Shown here: piece by piece, positions 24,659-37,519 of the stretch
How the letters are laid out: each line of letters opens with the position of its first letter
Position numbering within the stretch: position 1 is the first letter of the stretch
Origin: Sphyrna mokarran
Lineage: Eukaryota
Assembly (NCBI GenBank): GCA_024679065.1
Contig: JAGIQG010000002.1
Coordinates: 96,038,001 to 96,102,000 of the forward strand
Reading direction: 5' to 3'
Length of the DNA: 64,000 nucleotides
The notes under the pieces: generated by a model
What the model was told of the DNA's origin: nothing
The model's database searches: none
The model's input: only the letters and a program-made list of their open reading frames with translations
Made by a program: the position numbers and the translations under genes

Positions 24659-27600
24659 AAGCAACGATTTATGTGTTTGCGTGTCGCGTTAACTTCATAT
24701 CATATAATAAATTTATCTAAAATTTAATATTTTTAATTATGGGAGCAATAAAAGTTCGCGCTTAATGATTAGTGTGATCAATGCAATACAGCATTTACTT
24801 AAAATACTCGACCTGACTTCAACGATGAACCACAGATTGCTAAAAGTGGATGTTTAATACTATCCGCACCAATGACCATCGACAGACCCCCGCCCCGCCC
24901 CAAAGAAGACAGCATATATTTGCTTGAAAAGGTTGTTTATAATTTTTAAAATAAAATCTCGCCAGACAATTTATGCAATTGTTGAACTTACTTTATAATA
25001 TGCAACCAACTGCGACTGAACCGCGGTGAACTTGTTTTATTTTGTAATATATCTGGTTCCAATTAAATCAAATCTGCTTGGATGTACATTGGTAATTGAA
25101 TCGTTTTTTTCCTGCCATGTGCAGGAATACAATAATAGAGTATACTAGATCATGGGTCGGAAAAATTAAATCCTTCAGAAATAAGATATTTAGGAACGCA
25201 CATAGTTGGCAATGTGCCCAATGTAAAATACAAATATAGAATTGTATTTTAAAACAATCATGCCATTAATGCAATCTCAAATGTTGAATTTACAGACAAT
25301 CTACCAACGCATATTTGCGAATATTGATGTTGTTCGTGCATATTAATGACAGAATATAAATACTATTGTATATGTGTGTGCTTATACATATCGATAAACT
25401 AAACGGGTAAATGCCATACTTAGATATTACATATATTAAACGATTTTATTTCATATTGCTACATAGATACATAGGTACACATTCACACATATATAATACA
25501 GCAAACTAGTAACAATTGATATAATATTTATGGCAGTTCATACTGCGGGCATTTTGAGTCTGAAATGTTTCATTCATCTGAGTGTTAAGTTTATAAAATA
25601 ACACTAGAAATAATTCAAATATTAGCTTTGCTGCATTTCTGTTGTATTTCGACGAAAATATACTTCATTTCGCAGAAATCAAAACAATAAAATGACTATT
25701 TGCAAACGTTCCTAAGTATATTCCAGCTAACTATACATTTATGTAATGATGTCGCTATAATTCAACTTACAGCATTATAATATCACGCATTCAAATATAT
25801 CCGTTAATGCCATGTACCACATTTTGTACAACATAAAACTCGAGATTTTCTTCCAATCATATGTTCGCCTATTTCACTTGCCCGACTTTCTATGTTGGGC
25901 ATAAAATAAAGATTACATTTAATTATCTGCGTTTGTATCTCCAATTCTGAGATTGCAATAGTGATTGAATGTTACGAAAACAAAATATATATATTTCATT
26001 CTGTAATGTAGTGCACTTAATTTCTGTCATCAATTATAATATTTTCAATCAGCTTGAACTAAGCTGTTTCTAGCAATATAGCGCTGTTCAATTGTTTACC
26101 GAAATAACACGGGGCAAAAATGTTCTCTGCAATCAAGTTCGAAGAATCCGCATTTTGAAATTCGTGAGCGCATTTATTTCTCTGCCTATAGAATACAATA
26201 TTGTAGAATGCTTTTCTCCCCTTTGTTAGGTGTGATTGGTTTCAAATAGTTAATGAATGCGCAGTAAAACTTTAGCTTTTCACCTCTGTTTGGGCAGATG
26301 TAAGCAGATAGAATATAACTTCCAGTGGCAAATTCGTTGACAGTTATGTGAAAACACGCTCTTAAAAAATGAAGCAGCATATCACCATCTGAACTTTGCC
26401 CATTGACCTCAAAACATTTATTAAGTCGCACAATCAGAAATTATATATAACCGCATTCCGAGTCACTGTCATCCAAAGTAATTTACATATCTCATTAATA
26501 AAGCATCAAGAAAGAACACGCATGCAATTCATTAATTGTAGCTTTCATTAAAATGCAATTCACTCTTTCTCCTCTGGTACACACATTCGCGATTAGTTTT
26601 CTTGTTGACATTGAACACAAATTCACTATTTCATTGTTATTCCATATGTTCTTCCAGTTGAAAAGGGTTCAGTCATTTTGTCACATTGCAAGTTTAGTGT
26701 GCACACATGCGACGTGTGTGGGTCCTGAATGTTCATCTGGAAGACAACTGTATCACACCACGGCTTGGAATATGCTAACCTGACAAAGATTAGGTGCAAT
26801 TAGAAGACGGCCGCACGTGTGTTTGTGTGGGCACGCCGACTGGACCCTGCAAAGATTTTTTTAAAAGACTTTAGGAACACACCGCACCTGTGCGTTTTGC
26901 AGCACCGGCTATTTTTGAAAGATTGTGGATTAGAAAGTTGGAAGAATCCATCTGAAACCCAGAGGAAAATAATTCCGTTGCTCGTGCCTCGGGATTTGCT
27001 GCATTTTGGAGGTGAGTACAGCGCTTCTTAACGGAGAAAATCCTGAAATTCCAGGCGGCGTTCCTCTTGCCAAGTTCAAAGATCTTCCAAGTTCAAAAGC
27101 GACCAGTTGGAGTGAAACTCTGTATCTCTTCTCGCTATTCCAATGCTCATGGCTGCTTGGCCTAGCTCTCATATTGCATTCGGGAAGAGGGTCCTGCTAA
27201 CACAGAATGGCATTTTACTGTTTGTTTTCATGAATGGGAACACTGCCGAAAATTACCAGCAGACTATCGCTGAATTTGCTACGACTGCATATTGCTCTGG
27301 CTTTTTTTTTGGAATTGCGATATTGAAGCCCACTAAGTTACAAAGATGCTGCTGCAGTGAAGGGTATAACTCCATTTTCTTTTTATTATCGTGCCCACCA
27401 AGTTCAAAAACATGACATGGACTCCCCTACTCATCTTAATTTAACATTTTGTGTAAAAGTGTTAACGGGATACCAGGCTCAAAATAAAACCTCGCGATAG
27501 ATTGAAAAATACGGACAAGCGAAACAGCTTTCACGTGCATTTGTAAATAAAGCATCCACATTAAGAAGGTTATACCTAAATTATTCAGAGGGGAAGGTTC

Positions 27601-30600
27601 AGGATTAATTAATGTCTCGTTTATTTTGTCATGCAGTGCGTTAAAAAGGCACCGATACAGCATGTTGTACGTAATGTATTGGGCAGCTTAACATTTTGGA
27701 CTCTGGATTCCATGAAATTATTGAAATAATTGCATCAAACATTTCAATAAAATGTGCGAAAGAGTTTCAACAATTTTATTGGGAAAATATACAGGAGTTA
27801 AAATGAACTCGGAGTGAAACTAGTACATACTTACCACAACAAATGTGATAAATTCCGAATTACACACGGTTACATCCAAACATAGATATAGATACATAGA
27901 TATGGATACAGGCACACTCTCCAATATTATTTCAGAGGAAAAAAGAAGGAAGTCTTCTCAAATTACTCAGAGGTGTAAATTGCTCGCCAATAATTTACAA
28001 ACCTTGTTACCTTCACGCCAATCCTTACTAAACATGCCTATCTCTGCGACACTGCTACTGTTATACTGAAGACAAAGATAATGTTAGAAAAACAAGTTTG
28101 AAATATTAATTTTGCTTATTTGTATATCATAATTTGCTGGGTACAATCCCTCATTGCAGGACCATTTAAATGAATTTACTGTGGCCCAGATAAAACAACA
28201 ATGGGACAATACAACTCTGGCTTAGTTTTCATCTTCAAGTATGTCCCATTTGGAAGCTGTGCCTTCTATTACGTGGGACATTTTTAAATCTTAATTTAAA
28301 ACGCTCTTGGCCAACAAAAGGCATTTTTATTTCAGAAAAGTGGCAGTTTCTTGAAGTACCTTCTCTTGAATGAACTTTCTGCAGAATTTCCGAGACACTC
28401 GGCATAAAAATGGCCGACAAGTAACCGTTGTCTTGTCCTTGCCACTGAACAAGGCCACAAAATAGCCACCCACATAAAAAACAAGAGGCATTTTCGTTCA
28501 AAGGCGCGCACTTTTCTGGGGCCGATGTACGCATTTGGATTCTGAGTTTCATGTTCTTTTTTAGTAATCCGGGGAAAATAATATCATTGCAGGGCTCCCC
28601 ACAAGAGTAACCACCCCACCACCCCCCACCCGCCCCACGGTTACCACCGCCAAGGAAGTGTTTTAGTTTGATGTTTATTCCACTTTTACCATTGACTTCA
28701 AACGTGGAATTACGTTTCCTTGAAAATATATGAACGTTTTAATACTCGCAGCTCGCCAGTCGATTTCAAAGTCAGCGAATGTTTGTATCAATAATTATGA
28801 TAAAGTATGACAACCGTGTGGAGGAGTTCGGTTAAAAGGCAGCAACTAAGATCTAACAATAACTTCCGTTGAAATTTTCCTACGTATATGTAGAGGTTGA
28901 TCAGGAAATATTTACTTTCACTTATCCATGAAGATGCTCTTTTGATTAACAATCCTTCTTTTTCCAAAAAAAAGTGATGGTGCAGCAATAAGTGAAATCA
29001 TTGCATGTTAGAGAGTTGGATTGGGCTGTAATATCGTTAAGTGCTTTTATTTTGCCAGACAATTAAGACATACGTGCCTTTATCTGCACCGTGATAAGCA
29101 ACGTGCACAATGTAATTCCTAGGAGGAACAAAAGAACTAATGCGAATGCAATTTTTTGCAAAAAAACCTGTAAAAGACAATATGGCTGGCCGTTTCCAAC
29201 CCGTATTGATCATATTTAGGGTAACAATAAAAATCTAATGGCCACAAATAAAGTTATCAACTTTTAACCGGTGGGTAGTGATATTTTAGAATGAATTATT
29301 CCATGCACGACGAATTATATTTTAATTCAGCGATTCATTACATTGCAATTAATGACACGACCGGCTTTGCAAGTGTCGACTCGGCTCGCCCAAATGTTTT
29401 TTTTTCCCCCAAAATGAATATTTGACTTAAGCTTCAATATGGCTCGTATCTTTAAAAAGTACATTTCGCAGGCTTGTGGAACATTTTCTCAGAGTTGAAG
29501 TTCAATGTTAAGCAGACTGCTCGCCCTTAAATTGCAAAGCTGTCAAATAACTCAACTGAAGACTTTCTCTTACCACAATCTCATTTTGGCGCTTGCTTTT
29601 TTTTTAGAAAAAAGAAGAAAAAAGGAACTTAAAAAAAAGAGTTTTAACTGCGATTCCGTTTCTGATAATAACTGCGACAAAGCTTCGAAGTACACATCAG
29701 TGTGTAGAAATTCAGCTTCATCCGGGTCTCAGCCCTCCCGTTGAGTTGGACTCCTGCAGGAAAATAGCCTACGCCGCAATAATTCACTGATGTCCTTAAA
29801 GTTCTGTATTTACATTGCATTTCATTCACATCGAATATCAGCCGAATGTCCGCACTGTATGCCTGATCTTACGACAACAAGGTAGGTCAACTTCATTTCT
29901 GAAACCATCTCTTTAGTTTCACATGACCACCTCCTTGGAAATAATTATACGATTAAAGGCTAGAAGATGAAGGGACGGGTCAATTTGATCTAGAATCGGT
30001 AATTGAAAGCCACAGTAAAAAAAACAGCGATCTTTGAATAGAGGGCTGATAATTGGGAAATGCAGATGGATAGAAAATGGCGAAGCGACTAAGATACTAA
30101 AGAGAGCTTGGCCCATGCATGGGCTTTTATTTAATCGGAAACGCAATCGCCAGCTTCCCTTTTCGTTTGGGTGGTTATTAAATAGCTGCACCGTTCCTTT
30201 TTCTTACTGTCTTTGAAACAACATCAGCAAACTGCGTTAGAACACACAAATGCATAATTACTGAGAATTCAGCCGGGTCGCGGCGAGAGAAAGGAAATAA
30301 ACTAGATTTTGTTCAACGCGTAGAAAGACGCATAACGTGCAGTTAAAAACTTATTCTTCCTAAAACTCAGTCTGATTTTATCAGACAAAGCCGCGTGCTT
30401 GTCTCTTTTGGGGAATGCTTGATTGCTCACATTAGCTGGGCATGTCAGGGATTCCATGTAGGTGGCGTCTTCAGCTCACCCCTGGCCCGCTATCATGCCT
30501 ATTCCGGGGTTCTAGTGAAGCTGGTTGTCAAAGCTGCTGTTAAAACCGCAGGTCGATCGAAACCGCCCGCTTTCGGTTCTCAGAGGCGCCCTTCTTCATT

Positions 30601-32689
30601 AGAGGAGAACTGTATATGTGCTGGAATTTGACTATTCGTATAGCGACAGATGGTGCCACTATCTTTCGGGTGTTCTTTCTGCCCCAAAATCCCAAACCTT
30701 TGAAAAAATCCTGCATCGTTCTTAAGTAATTTTGAACATGGCATTTGATAAATAAAGCTATCTATTTCAAAACCATAATGCACTATTCTGGTAATATCTT
30801 ATTCTTAAACATTCAGATTATCGGTCTGTATAGTACATGTAAATATACTTTCTATTGCGATTTTAAATAACTCTCTGGAAGTGCTGCAATGCAAATTCTA
30901 TAAACAACGATGGTTGGACTGCGTGTATATAATTGATATTAATTGATCTCTATAATTGATATTACATAGCCTTATTATAAAATGATGAGCGATTGTATAA
31001 ATATGTTAATATTCTCAGTGGTTTCAGGGTCTACAAATGTTGTATTGTCCGCTGGCCTTATTTGTATAGCGTTTGAATGCAGTTACAGCAGGTCAGAAAA
31101 ATTAGGAAGCTGGTTGTCGCAGGGATGTTGAAGCCTTTGCATCTCATTGGTTTCTATTGATCATCGGAAGAATGAGAAAAGCAAGATTAAATTGTCAACT
31201 CCTTACCAAAAATGTTTCCTAGTGGAGAGATTTTTTTTCACTGCATGGAATTTAATTTAAATAGAAGGTCTTCTGGCAAATGTTTATGGCAAAGGTCCTT
31301 TTTCCCAGGAAACCTGTTTGTTTTGGCACTGCGCAGTTGTTTTTGGAACATTAAAAAGCTAATTTGTGACAAATTCTAAGGCAAAGTTTAACTCCAGCTC
31401 TTTTCTACAGTCCCATTCTTTTCAGCACATCAGGATTCCTCGCATAGTTTTCAGACTTGTTGCGTGTATTTAAATCAAAAAGATTGCTACACGGACAGTA
31501 CTGAAATAAAATGCAATTTATTAGCGCTTTTCAATGAATGCAAACCTCACTCAGCTAAAACTATTCAAAATATCTCAATTGTGCATTAAATCTGAACCTG
31601 GTGCTTATTCAGTTGTCCGTGGTGACACTTCATAAAAATATGAAAAAATGCACCCATGGCCAATGTCAAATAAAGCAACATTCCCTTTATCTGCATTTGC
31701 TCATGTCTGGCTGCTCCATCCTAAATTTATTTTCAATGGGAGCAAGAGTTCGTTTTGGAAGAACGCACTCACCCAAGTTCTGCCTGAAGTGCGAATTTGG
31801 CATCGCGCGTTGAGATCTTTTTTGACGCTGATAGTTCACGATAGCCACATAAGTGGATAACTGCTTAAATAATTTTGGTGAGAGGTCGAAGGGTTTTTGC
31901 ATGTGGTGGAGTTGAACGTGACCATGCCCGCTTGTGAGAAATAAGAAGCAGCATAGCAATCTTGAGGTTGGGGGGGTGGGGGAACATCCTAGTCACCTCA
32001 TACATTTGGCAGATTTGTGTGCATCCAATTTTTTTTTAGAGGAGAACTGATCTAACATGGATTTGGAAACTGTCAAAAACGCACGCAAGCGTAGGTCCAT
32101 TTCGAACTTGTGGAACGGTCTAACTTTGCTTCAGCACGTCTCTGTGTGGTCTGTAGATTATTGTGTGCTCTCATCTTCTTCAAAGAGAGGGAGATTATTT
32201 TGCATAAAGCATGCTTTAACCATTTAAAGATTGCACTCTCACCGTTTTATACTTCAATAAAATCTCTTATATAGCTTTAGTCATTATTCATTAGTGATTT
32301 CACACATTCTGTGCAGGCGAACTAGGTTTGCTTTCATTAAAATGGCAAGGAGGAGAAAGCAAAGGGGATTATTTGCCAATAAAAAAAAATGCCGAACAAT
32401 ATTCTGGCAGAACTAATATACGTGAGATAGGTCAAAAACCGCGCTTTCTGGAAAATAGGCAGTTTTTTATTACATTTCCACTGCGGAAATCGTTACGTGT
32501 TATTTCCACGTCCACCCTCGCTTCTAATCAGCTTGTTGGAGCGACGTGAAGTGAATGTGCCAAATGCGTCTCTGGTGTGAAGACTGAACACCTTCACAGT
32601 ATTATTCGAGCTTTCATTCCCCTCTTTAGAAATGTGCAGAGCTTAGATGTAAAGAGCTTTGCGCTGCTGGTGCGAGGGGGGGAATCCAA

Positions 32690-32830
32690 AGTGATGCATG
32701 TCAATTTCTCCAGGCATCTGGTCACATGACTAGCTTGTCCCTGCGATGTATGGAGATACATTTCCACGTCAGCTTACGTTTCCAAATTTTTACTCCGCGG
32801 ATCAGCTTCAAAGAGGCAGCAGCATCTAAG
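32690..32830 (+). promoter_or_regulatory. HoxA11 proximal promoter / conserved 5' region
   Basis: GTCACATGAC E-box near-palindrome (32721-30), followed by TTTCCACGTCAGCTTACG..CTTCAAAGAGGCAGC, typical of Hox11 upstream sequence. Confidence 0.7.
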
Positions 32831-32892
32831 GACCATGTTTAGCTGTGCGAATGCAAGCTATTCTTGCGCTAGGGGACCCCAAGCAAGCGATG

Positions 32893-33499
32893 ATGGATTT
32901 TGATGAGCGGGTTTCTTGTGGCTCTAATCTTTATTTGCCTAGCTGTACCTATTATGTCTCCGGTCCGGATTTCTCCAGCCTGCCTTCTTTTTTACCTCAA
33001 ACGCCGGCTTCTCGCCCCATGACATACTCTTACTCGTCCAATATCCCCCAGGTTCAACCTGTGAGAGAAGTTACCTTCAGAGACTATGCCATCGATCCCT
33101 CCAATAAGTGGCATCACAGGGGCAATCTGCCCCATTGCTATTCCGCAGAGGAGCTGATGCACAGAGAGTGCCTGCCTGCCAGCACCATGGGCGAGATGTT
33201 AATGAAAAATAGCGCCAGCGTTTACCATCACAGCTCCAACGCGTCCTCCAGCTTCTACAACCCGGTGGGGAGGAACGGGGTGCTGCCGCAAGGATTTGAC
33301 CAGTTCTTCGAGACAGCCTACGGTTCCAGCGAGAATCAGCAGTCGGAGTATTGCGGAGAGAAGAGTCCAAATAAAGTGCCGTCTGCGGCAACTTCAAGTT
33401 CGGAGACTTCCAGGGTGTCCGTGGAGAAAGAGACGAGCCCCGGGAGCAGCAGCCCGGAGTCTTCTTCCGGCAACAATGAGGAGAAAGGCAGCAACTCCA
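32893..33499 (+). CDS. HoxA11: Homeobox protein HoxA11, exon 1
   Basis: (M)[69 protein letters not shown]. Phase-1 donor A|GTAGGT at 33500. In-frame ATGs also occur at 32890 and 32851. Confidence 0.97.
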
Positions 33500-34734
33500 G
33501 TAGGTAGAGTCAGTGCCCAGTTGTGAGAGAAAGTTTTGCGATCTCGCGCGCTGCTGTTAAAATTTTTATGTGCTGTTTTATAAGCATATAAGAGGGTTTA
33601 TGGATGGCCTGTAGATTTCCCAACAAAACTTTTTTTATATAAATGACAGGATCACGTGTTCAGCTCTGAAATTGGCCGTGAAATAACTCCAGCCAATCGC
33701 TGCATTAAAATACTTCCACCGGCACCTCAAAAAGTGAGATTGGGGTTAAAAATCCGATCATTTATATGACTGGGTGCAAAGTTAGCAAAATTGACTGCTG
33801 GCGGCTTGCGATTTTTGCGTGTATTAATACAGCTCAACAATTCTATAAAACACACGTGTTGACACAAAAACTCTATTTATAGGTTGTATTCAGTTCCATG
33901 AGTAACCGCTTTAAAACATAATGTGGCAAAATGACATTTTTAACAGCTATATAAATACTGCAATACCTCTAGCATAGAGCTTTCCATCATAAAAACTTAT
34001 TTCAGGGCCGGGTGACCGTATTTTATTTAATAATCGCATTTTATAGCTCGACGTTTGATCGACGCAGTTCTAACGCTACAATATTGCTTCTGAAGGCAGC
34101 TCCATGTTGAGTTTTACAGCGCAGAATGGCTAAAGAATTAAGCCCCCTCCCCTAAGGAACGGATTGTTGCTACCAAACATCTTCTGAAAAAAAAAGACAG
34201 CTCAAGTTTCCCATTCCCCAGTCCCTTTTAGTTTGAACTCAGCAGATAAAATAAAACTTAAAGAAACTTCCAGCTTTTCATCCATTTGCTGTCTTTAACG
34301 CACGGATAGTGGGACACACCACCTTAAAGAGAAGCGTTTCCCTTTTCAAAATAAAAATTGTAGCTAATCTCTGGATGCGGGAAGTTCATTTATAACTTTG
34401 ATATCATCAGAATGGGAGCTAGCTTCAACTTAACAATTCCACAACCATTAGAACAAATATAGATCGAGGCAGCCATCTTTTGTCCCAGAGACCAGTCAAA
34501 ATATGAAAGAAAAGAGGTGGTATGCTTTAGAGAACGATTCGGTACTTTGGATACTGCGGGGTGAAAAGAAAGTATTGTCTGAAAATCAGGAGCTATGGAG
34601 ATCTCCTCCCACCCCCACCAAGCCCTGTGAATATGTGCACAGCAAAGCATATATTAACAATGCATGGAAAGAAAGATGATGTCTCCTCTACATTTCCAAT
34701 GATCAAAGTTTAACGTACTATTTACCTGTTACAG

Positions 34735-34967
34735 GTGGCCAGCGTACACGCAAAAAAAGGTGCCCCTACACCAAATACCAGATCAGGGAGCTGGAGAGGG
34801 AATTTTTTTTCAGTGTTTATATCAACAAAGAGAAGCGGCTGCAACTTTCCCGGATGCTCAACTTAACCGACCGGCAAGTGAAAATTTGGTTTCAGAACAG
34901 GAGGATGAAGGAGAAGAAGTTAAACAGGGACCGCCTTCAATATTACACCACGAATCCATTGCTTTGA
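34735..34967 (+). CDS. HoxA11: Homeobox protein HoxA11, exon 2 (279 aa spliced product; missing from the ORF track in this frame)
   Basis: Acceptor GTTACAG| followed by [77 protein letters not shown]. The exons total 607+233=840 nt. Confidence 0.98.
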
Positions 34968-37486
34968 GATTAGACTGAGATTCCAAAGAGGCATTTCTCC
35001 TTCCTAATTTCGCCTTCTACGAGGAAAGCGACCAGGGCAGAATGCAGAGGTAAAATAAAACTCAAGTTCGAGTTTGGGAGCAGACACTTTGGTACAGTTT
35101 TAACAGGCCGGACAACTTTGCAAAACTAAATGGGACGTTTAGTTTCAACTTAAAAAGAAACTAACTGGAATTAATGTTCATCGTTTATTTCACACTCACA
35201 ACCATACACACACACTTACTGTCATATTCTCACTTGTGTGATCTACATGCTTTGTACAGAGGGTGTCTCAAGAGATTATTGTTGGGATACCTAGGTGAAT
35301 GTTTGGATTTAGTTCAGCGAAAGAGATTTGTCTTAATTCTAAGAAGAATGCAGCTTCTATATGAACACGGACCTGTGTATGCGAGCCCTAGGAAAACGAA
35401 TTGACTATTGTGGACCAGCTGCAATATAAAAACAAAGTAATAAAATGTGCGCATGCTTTAGATTAGGAAGCTTTCAGTGGCGCTCACTATCAATCACAAG
35501 TATTGGGTATATATATTTTTTATCTTCAGTTACAATGGGTAGCAACCAGCCTGGTTCTTTTGTAACTGAACCTTCCGTCGGGGGGGTGAGGGCGGGGGGG
35601 AAGGGGGTGGTGGGGGGGGCGATTTTGCGCGACAATTCTCTAAACAATGCCTGCTCATCATCGCTTAGGGCACTGAAACTTGTCTATATGAAAGGCAGAT
35701 TAAAACCTACATCTGTACAATAAATCCCTGTTTTGCCCCCCCCCCATAAATAACGATGAGTAGCTCCCACCCCACCACCCTCCACTATCCCAAATGGAGA
35801 GCATGCATGTAAATATCCAAGCTGGATTTCATTCTCATAAAATGGCTGCTGATGGGCTCAAAGGCGTTTTTGTGTTAAATTCATAATCGCCACCAAAATA
35901 AGCAAGTGTGATTGAATTCTGTTTAGAATGTAAAGTTTGTACCTTTTTTTGCCGTGGTACTCTCTGTATAAACACTTTACCGTTGAAAACATAGCTTGGA
36001 ATAATACGATTTTTGAAAACAGGTTACTTTATGCTTGCTGAAGCAATCCGTGAGTGTTTACTTGTACTTGACATATTGTGCGTCGTCATTTGGAAATGCA
36101 GTTTTTACTTTTAACTTTTGAAAGAGGAGAGATATTATCCATGATGGCATACTTGAGCACAAAGTATTGTAAATATTAGGCTCTTTTGGTACAATATGAA
36201 TGTGTATTTACAGTTTTAAATAGGATTAGGGTTTTAAAAACTGCTGCTCATGCGTCTATTATTTTCACGGATTCCTTCAAGAGATGACAAGTTTGCAGTA
36301 CTTACAATATTGAAGCCATCTTTATCCGTGTGAACCAAAGACAGAAACTTATTTTCCTTGAACACATACGTGTTTTATTGCACAATGGTAACATTTCCTG
36401 TACTTCACCGTATAATCTTTTTATAGGCCGACATAGCTATAGGCCGCAATGTACAACTATCGCCTACCCATTACCTGATAACATATACCAGCCTTTAAAA
36501 ATAGTTCTCTATTATACCAATTTAATTTAAATGTTTCGTTGTGGCCATTACCCTCATTAAAATAGATTTTCTTGTACTTTTCACACAAACGACAGACGAC
36601 AGTGGCTGAGTGTTTGCCTTTGCCTTTTTTTGGGAAGGGGGGCGGGGGAATAGGGGGATTATTTTAGATTAATCTGAAAAACACTGAGACGTATTAAGAA
36701 GATTTGAGTATGCACCGCAAACGTGGTGCTTTTTACATTAAACATTGAAATTTTGAAAAGAAATACAAATTCTTTCAAGGGGAGGTCTTAATCAAATGCT
36801 GTTTAATTAAATGTGATGCCGACATTTGCTTAACATTTGTATATAATTTATATTTATCAGTTTGATTAAAAGAGTGTAAGATTTGCATGTATACTGTTCA
36901 GAGAGCGCACAGTGGGATGCAAGGTGGAAATTCTGCTTGTTCTGGAGGACGATCAATGTAGGCTTCTTCAACTTTGCTGGGTATTCAAGGCGAAAACTAA
37001 AACACATGCAAAGAGCTGTATTAATGTGCATTTCATGTACGTAATAAACAATCATTAAAGCTGGATAACATTCCACATCATTCTATATACATGGGTATGC
37101 TTTTCTTTAGTTCACTTCCTGGAAACTTGGAAATTCAAATTAGATTTTGGACAATGTAACACCAGTTCGCTTCTTAATGGCAGAATTGAACACAACTTGA
37201 CGAAAAAAAAGAGGTTGAATTGCTAGAATATGGATTAATTTAAACCTAATTTATTTTGCAAAGGCAAATGTTGATTCTGGAATTTGGATAATATCGCGAA
37301 TTTAATTTCCCTTATTGGCAAACATTCCATTGTGTTTAATTAGGTTTGTAGGGGCCCTAGTTTAGCTTTGACTGTAATAGCTTTCATTTGTACTACAATA
37401 TTTTTTAATGCCAGTTTGCATTCTCTTTTCCTGCTTGTTTCCTGGCTTTGAACTTCTGTTGCGCCATGGACGTCACCTCTAACCTT

Positions 37487-37519
37487 GGGGGGGTGGGGGG
37501 GGGGGGGGGGGGGGGAGGG
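37487..37519 (+). repeat. Poly-G tract (potential G-quadruplex)
   Basis: G7-T-G21-A-G3. Confidence 0.85.

Noticed and set aside
29505-29744. ORF with QITQLK..RRKKELKKKSFN, superficially homeodomain-like
   Set aside because: The basic residues come from poly-A/poly-T runs, the motif order is wrong, and there is no helix-3 motif.
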